This document shows, piece by piece, positions 36,145-40,000 of a stretch of 40,000 nucleotides of DNA; the stretch's first letter is position 1; each line of letters opens with the position of its first letter. The notes below the pieces were generated by a model, which was not told the origin of the DNA, did not search any database, and saw only the letters and a program-made list of their open reading frames with translations. The stretch lies in the NCBI RefSeq assembly GCF_001571285.1, contig NZ_BCTM01000015.1, positions 94,871 to 134,870 of the forward strand. The letters are read 5' to 3'. The translations under genes and the position numbers were made by a program. This DNA is from Kluyvera cryocrescens NBRC 102467 (GTDB lineage Bacteria > Pseudomonadota > Gammaproteobacteria > Enterobacterales > Enterobacteriaceae).

Positions 36145-38876
36145 AACAGGATATCTACCCTGCGGTCGCCCGGCTGGAAAACGTCAGTCAGCATTTTGGT
36201 GCCACTACCGCGCTGCGTGACATCACGCTGACCCTGCCCTCCCGTTGTATGGTGGGCCTGATTGGCCCAGACGGCGTAGGCAAATCCAGCCTGTTGTCGC
36301 TGATTGCCGGCGCGCGAGCCATCGAGCAGGGCAACGTGATGGTACTGGGCGGAGATATGCGCGATGCCCACCATCGCCGCGACGTGTGCCCGAAAATCGC
36401 CTGGATGCCGCAGGGGCTAGGTAAAAACCTCTACCACACGTTGTCGGTGTATGAAAATGTCGACTTTTTTGCTCGCCTGTTTGGTCATGATAAAAGTGCG
36501 CGCGAAAGCCGCATCGACTCGCTGCTGCAAAGTACCGGGCTGGCCCCGTTCCGCGACCGTCCAGCGGGGAAACTTTCCGGCGGAATGAAGCAAAAGCTGG
36601 GGTTATGCTGCGCGCTGATCCACGATCCGGAACTGTTGATTCTCGACGAACCGACGACCGGGGTCGACCCCCTTTCAAGGGCGCAGTTCTGGGAGCTTAT
36701 CGACAGCATTCGTGAACGTCAGCCGGAGATGAGCGTACTGGTAGCCACTGCCTATATGGAAGAGGCCGAGCGCTTCGACTGGCTGGTCGCCATGAACGCC
36801 GGGGAAGTGTTGGCCACCGGCAGCGCCGAAACCCTCCGAACGCAAACGGCTACCCAGACGCTGGAACAGGCATTTATCGCGCTGCTGCCAGAAGCGCAGC
36901 GTAATGCGCACCAGCAGGTGATTATCCCACCGCGCGATACCCGCGAAGAAGAGATCGCCATTGAGGCGCGCGGGCTGACCATGCGCTTCGGCGATTTTGT
37001 TGCCGTCGACCATGTTAACTTCCGTATTGCCCGCGGTGAAATCTTTGGCTTCCTCGGCTCCAACGGCTGCGGGAAATCCACCACCATGAAGATGCTGACC
37101 GGTTTGCTGCCAGCCAGCGAAGGGGAAGCCTGGCTGTTTGGCCAGCCGGTCGATCCAAAAGATATCGAGACCCGTCGCCGGGTGGGCTATATGTCGCAGG
37201 CGTTTTCACTTTACAGCGAGTTGAGCGTAAGGCAGAACCTGGAGCTACACGCACGGCTTTTCCATATTCCCGATGCCGAGATCTCCGCCCGTGTCGCTGA
37301 GATGACCGAACGTTTCATGCTGCGCGACGTAGAGGATACGCTGCCCAGCGCGCTGCCGCTCGGTATCCGCCAACGTTTGTCGCTGGCGGTGGCGGTGATC
37401 CATCGCCCGGAAATGTTGATCCTTGATGAACCCACTTCCGGCGTTGATCCAGTGGCCCGCGATATGTTCTGGCAGCTGATGGTCGACCTGGCCCGCCAGG
37501 ATAAAGTGACCATCTTTATTTCCACCCACTTTATGAATGAAGCGGAACGCTGCGACCGAATGTCGCTGATGCACGCGGGCAAAGTGCTGGCCAGCGATAC
37601 CCCGGCGGCGCTGGTCAAGCAGCGCGGCGCCGCAAACCTGGAAGAGGCGTTTATTGCCTGGCTGAAAGACGCCGCCGACCCGGCTCCCGACGCACAGATG
37701 TCCGATGCGCCAGTCAACACCGACGCCGCGCCAGAGCAGCCGCGTCAGGCGTTTAGCCTGCGCCGCCTGTTTAGCTACAGCCGTCGCGAGGCGCTGGAAT
37801 TGCGGCGCGATCCGGTACGATCGACGCTGGCCTTGCTGGGAACGGTGATCCTGATGTTCATCATGGGCTATGGGATCAGCATGGACGTGGAAGATCTGCG
37901 TTTCGCGGTACTCGACCGCGATCAAACGGTAAGCAGCCAGCGCTGGACGCAAAATATTGCCGGATCACGCTACTTTATCGAACGCACACCGCTGGCCAGC
38001 TATGACGAGCTCGACCGGCGAATGCGCGACGGTGAGCTAGCCGTTGCCATCGAAATTCCGCCAAACTTTGGCCGCGACATCGCGCGCGGTACGCCGGTGG
38101 AGATTGGCGTGTGGGTGGATGGCGCAATGCCAAACCGGGCCGAGACAGTTCGCGGCTATGTGCAGGCGATGCATTTAGCCTGGCTGCAGGAGATGGCGGG
38201 GCTACAGCCGAATGCCAGCGGCGATGTTTCGCTGGTTTCTATTGAGACACGCTATCGCTATAACCCTGACGTGAAGAGTCTTCCTGCCATCGTTCCGGCC
38301 GTGATCCCACTGCTGCTAATGATGATCCCAGCCATGCTCAGCGCACTCAGCGTGGTACGGGAAAAAGAGCTGGGCTCCATCATCAACCTGTACGTAACGC
38401 CCACCACCCGCAGCGAGTTTTTACTTGGCAAGCAGATACCGTATATCGTGCTCGGGATGTTTAACTTCCTGCTGCTGTGCGCCCTGTCGGTATTTGTTTT
38501 CGGCGTCCAGCATAAGGGGAGTTTCCTAACGCTGACGCTGGCGGCGCTGCTGTACGTCACTATCGCCACCGGGCTGGGATTGCTGATCTCCACCTTTATG
38601 AAAAGCCAGATCGCGGCGATCTTTGGTACCGCGATCATCACGCTTATCCCGGCAACCCAGTTTTCGGGAATGATCGATCCCGTTGCCTCCCTGGAAGGGC
38701 CAGGCCGATGGATTGGCCAGATCTACCCAACCAGCCATTTTCTGACGATTGCTCGCGGGACATTTTCTAAAGCGCTGGGGCTTAGCGATCTGTGGGTCTC
38801 CTTTATCCCGCTGCTGATTGCGGTGCCATTGGTTTTAGGGCTTTCCGTTTGGCTGCTGAAAAAACAGGAGGGATGA
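36141..38876 (+). CDS. rbbA: Ribosome-associated ATPase RbbA (YhiH): two ABC ATPase domains fused to an ABC-2 permease domain
   Basis: ATG 36141 gives 911 aa, the E. coli RbbA length. The Walker A motifs are GPDGVGKSS and GSNGCGKST, with signature motifs LSGGMKQKL and LPLGIRQRL. The C-terminal part is membrane-embedded. Confidence 0.9.
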   Translation: MKQDIYPAVARLENVSQHFGATTALRDITLTLPSRCMVGLIGPDGVGKSSLLSLIAGARAIEQGNVMVLGGDMRDAHHRRDVCPKIAWMPQGLGKNLYHTLSVYENVDFFARLFGHDKSARESRIDSLLQSTGLAPFRDRPAGKLSGGMKQKLGLCCALIHDPELLILDEPTTGVDPLSRAQFWELIDSIRERQPEMSVLVATAYMEEAERFDWLVAMNAGEVLATGSAETLRTQTATQTLEQAFIALLPEAQRNAHQQVIIPPRDTREEEIAIEARGLTMRFGDFVAVDHVNFRIARGEIFGFLGSNGCGKSTTMKMLTGLLPASEGEAWLFGQPVDPKDIETRRRVGYMSQAFSLYSELSVRQNLELHARLFHIPDAEISARVAEMTERFMLRDVEDTLPSALPLGIRQRLSLAVAVIHRPEMLILDEPTSGVDPVARDMFWQLMVDLARQDKVTIFISTHFMNEAERCDRMSLMHAGKVLASDTPAALVKQRGAANLEEAFIAWLKDAADPAPDAQMSDAPVNTDAAPEQPRQAFSLRRLFSYSRREALELRRDPVRSTLALLGTVILMFIMGYGISMDVEDLRFAVLDRDQTVSSQRWTQNIAGSRYFIERTPLASYDELDRRMRDGELAVAIEIPPNFGRDIARGTPVEIGVWVDGAMPNRAETVRGYVQAMHLAWLQEMAGLQPNASGDVSLVSIETRYRYNPDVKSLPAIVPAVIPLLLMMIPAMLSALSVVREKELGSIINLYVTPTTRSEFLLGKQIPYIVLGMFNFLLLCALSVFVFGVQHKGSFLTLTLAALLYVTIATGLGLLISTFMKSQIAAIFGTAIITLIPATQFSGMIDPVASLEGPGRWIGQIYPTSHFLTIARGTFSKALGLSDLWVSFIPLLIAVPLVLGLSVWLLKKQEG

Positions 38877-40000
38877 TGCGCGGATTACGCAATATTTATA
38901 ACCTCGGCGTGAAGGAGCTACGCAGCCTGCTGGGTGATAAAGCCATGCTGGCGCTGATTGTCTTCGCCTTCACCGTATCGGTTTACTCGTCCGCCACGGT
39001 GATGCCCGGTTCGCTGCACCTGGCGCCCATCGCCATTGCGGATATGGATAAATCACAGCTTTCATCACGAATTATTAATGGCTTTTATCGGCCATGGTTT
39101 CTCGAGCCAGAGCTGATTACCGCCGACGAGATGGATGCGGGACTGGATGCCGGGCGCTACACGTTTGCCATCAATATTCCACCTAATTTTCAACGAGATG
39201 TGTTGGCAGGCAGGCAACCGGATTTGCAGGTTAACGTTGATGCGACGCGTATGAGTCAGGCGTTTACCGGCAATGGCTATATTCAAAATATTGTCAGCGG
39301 AGAGGTGAACAACTTTGTTGCCCGCTACCGGGATAACAGTACGCTGCCGGTCGAGTTGGCGGTGCGCATGCGTTTTAATCCAAACCTTGAGCAGGCGCGG
39401 TTTGGCGCGGTGATGGCCATCATCAACAATATCACCATGCTGGCGATTGTGCTGGCCGGTTCGGCGCTGATCCGCGAACGTGAGCACGGCACGGTTGAAC
39501 ACCTATTGGTGATGCCGGTGACGCCGTTTGAGATCATGCTCGCCAAAGTATGGTCGATGGGGCTGGTTGTCCTGATTGTTTCCGGGCTATCGCTGATGCT
39601 GATGGTTCAGGGGATTTTGCAGGTTCCCATAGAGGGTTCGATTCCGCTGTTTATGCTTGGTGTGGCGCTAAGTCTCTTCGCGACAACGTCTATTGGTATT
39701 TTTATGGGGACAGTTGCCCGCTCGATGCCGCAGCTTGGTCTGCTGATGATTCTGGTCTTGCTGCCGTTACAGATGCTGTCTGGCGGCTCAACGCCGCGCG
39801 AGAGTATGCCGCAGGTAGTACAAGATATTATGCAGACCATGCCGACGACCCACTTTGTGAGCCTGGCGCAGGCGATTCTCTATCGCGGGGCCGATTTTTC
39901 CATCGTGTGGCCGCAGTTCCTGACGCTGCTGGCGATCGGGGCAGCATTCTTTACGATTGCGTTGGTGCGTTTTCGTAAAACGATTGGTGAGATGGCGTAA
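38876..40000 (+). CDS. yhhJ: ABC-2 family permease YhhJ
   Basis: ATG 38876 ([25 protein letters not shown]) gives 374 aa as in E. coli YhhJ. Near-identical blocks include EREHGTVEHLLVMP and LSGGSTPRESMPQ. The TAA stop is at 39998-40000, the window end. The start at 38873 is one codon longer and equally possible. Confidence 0.9.
   Translation: MRGLRNIYNLGVKELRSLLGDKAMLALIVFAFTVSVYSSATVMPGSLHLAPIAIADMDKSQLSSRIINGFYRPWFLEPELITADEMDAGLDAGRYTFAINIPPNFQRDVLAGRQPDLQVNVDATRMSQAFTGNGYIQNIVSGEVNNFVARYRDNSTLPVELAVRMRFNPNLEQARFGAVMAIINNITMLAIVLAGSALIREREHGTVEHLLVMPVTPFEIMLAKVWSMGLVVLIVSGLSLMLMVQGILQVPIEGSIPLFMLGVALSLFATTSIGIFMGTVARSMPQLGLLMILVLLPLQMLSGGSTPRESMPQVVQDIMQTMPTTHFVSLAQAILYRGADFSIVWPQFLTLLAIGAAFFTIALVRFRKTIGEMA

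Noticed and set aside
37211-37952. 169-aa and 235-aa minus-strand ORFs inside rbbA
   Set aside because: They are antisense to RbbA, which matches the E. coli protein in length and has both ABC ATPase motif sets.

Overview
Enterobacteriaceae chromosome. The penicillin G acylase matches my memory of the Kluyvera enzyme, so the source is probably Kluyvera. I could not run any database search, and all homology statements come from recalled sequences and motifs. Positions 1-13344 are collinear, in inverted order, with the E. coli K-12 98-99 min region: yjjP-yjjB-dnaT-dnaC-yjjA-opgB, tsr, btsT-yjiX-yjiA. There are small differences: a GNAT gene replaces lgoTRD, and an Ldh_2 oxidoreductase gene sits between tsr and btsT. 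The interval that in K-12 holds the mrr-hsd-mcr immigration control region (yjiA to yjiS) instead carries a YfaZ-like OMP gene, a 0.7-kb GC-rich hairpin-dense non-coding gap, a Sad-like aldehyde dehydrogenase, pac, and an AraC/LysE pair. After yjiS/yjiR the window is accessory. It holds a TauD-family dioxygenase and three tandem ~110-bp structured repeats directly upstream of an overlapping DUF2164-GNAT gene pair. Next come a cytoplasmic three-gene cluster (GH105/88 hydrolase plus two large uncharacterised proteins), a MarR-HlyD-DUF2955 efflux operon and an orphan colicin M immunity (Cmi)-like gene beside an AT-rich tract. It ends with a second, divergent tryptophanyl-tRNA synthetase gene preceded by a Trp-Trp leader peptide with terminator/antiterminator structures, followed by yhiI-rbbA-yhhJ. 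I recognised no rRNA, tRNA, CRISPR array, IS element, integrase or canonical defence gene. The best candidates for something new are the tandem-repeat/DUF2164-GNAT locus, the trpS2 attenuator, the Cmi-like orphan, the uncharacterised GH105 cluster and the GC-rich gap.
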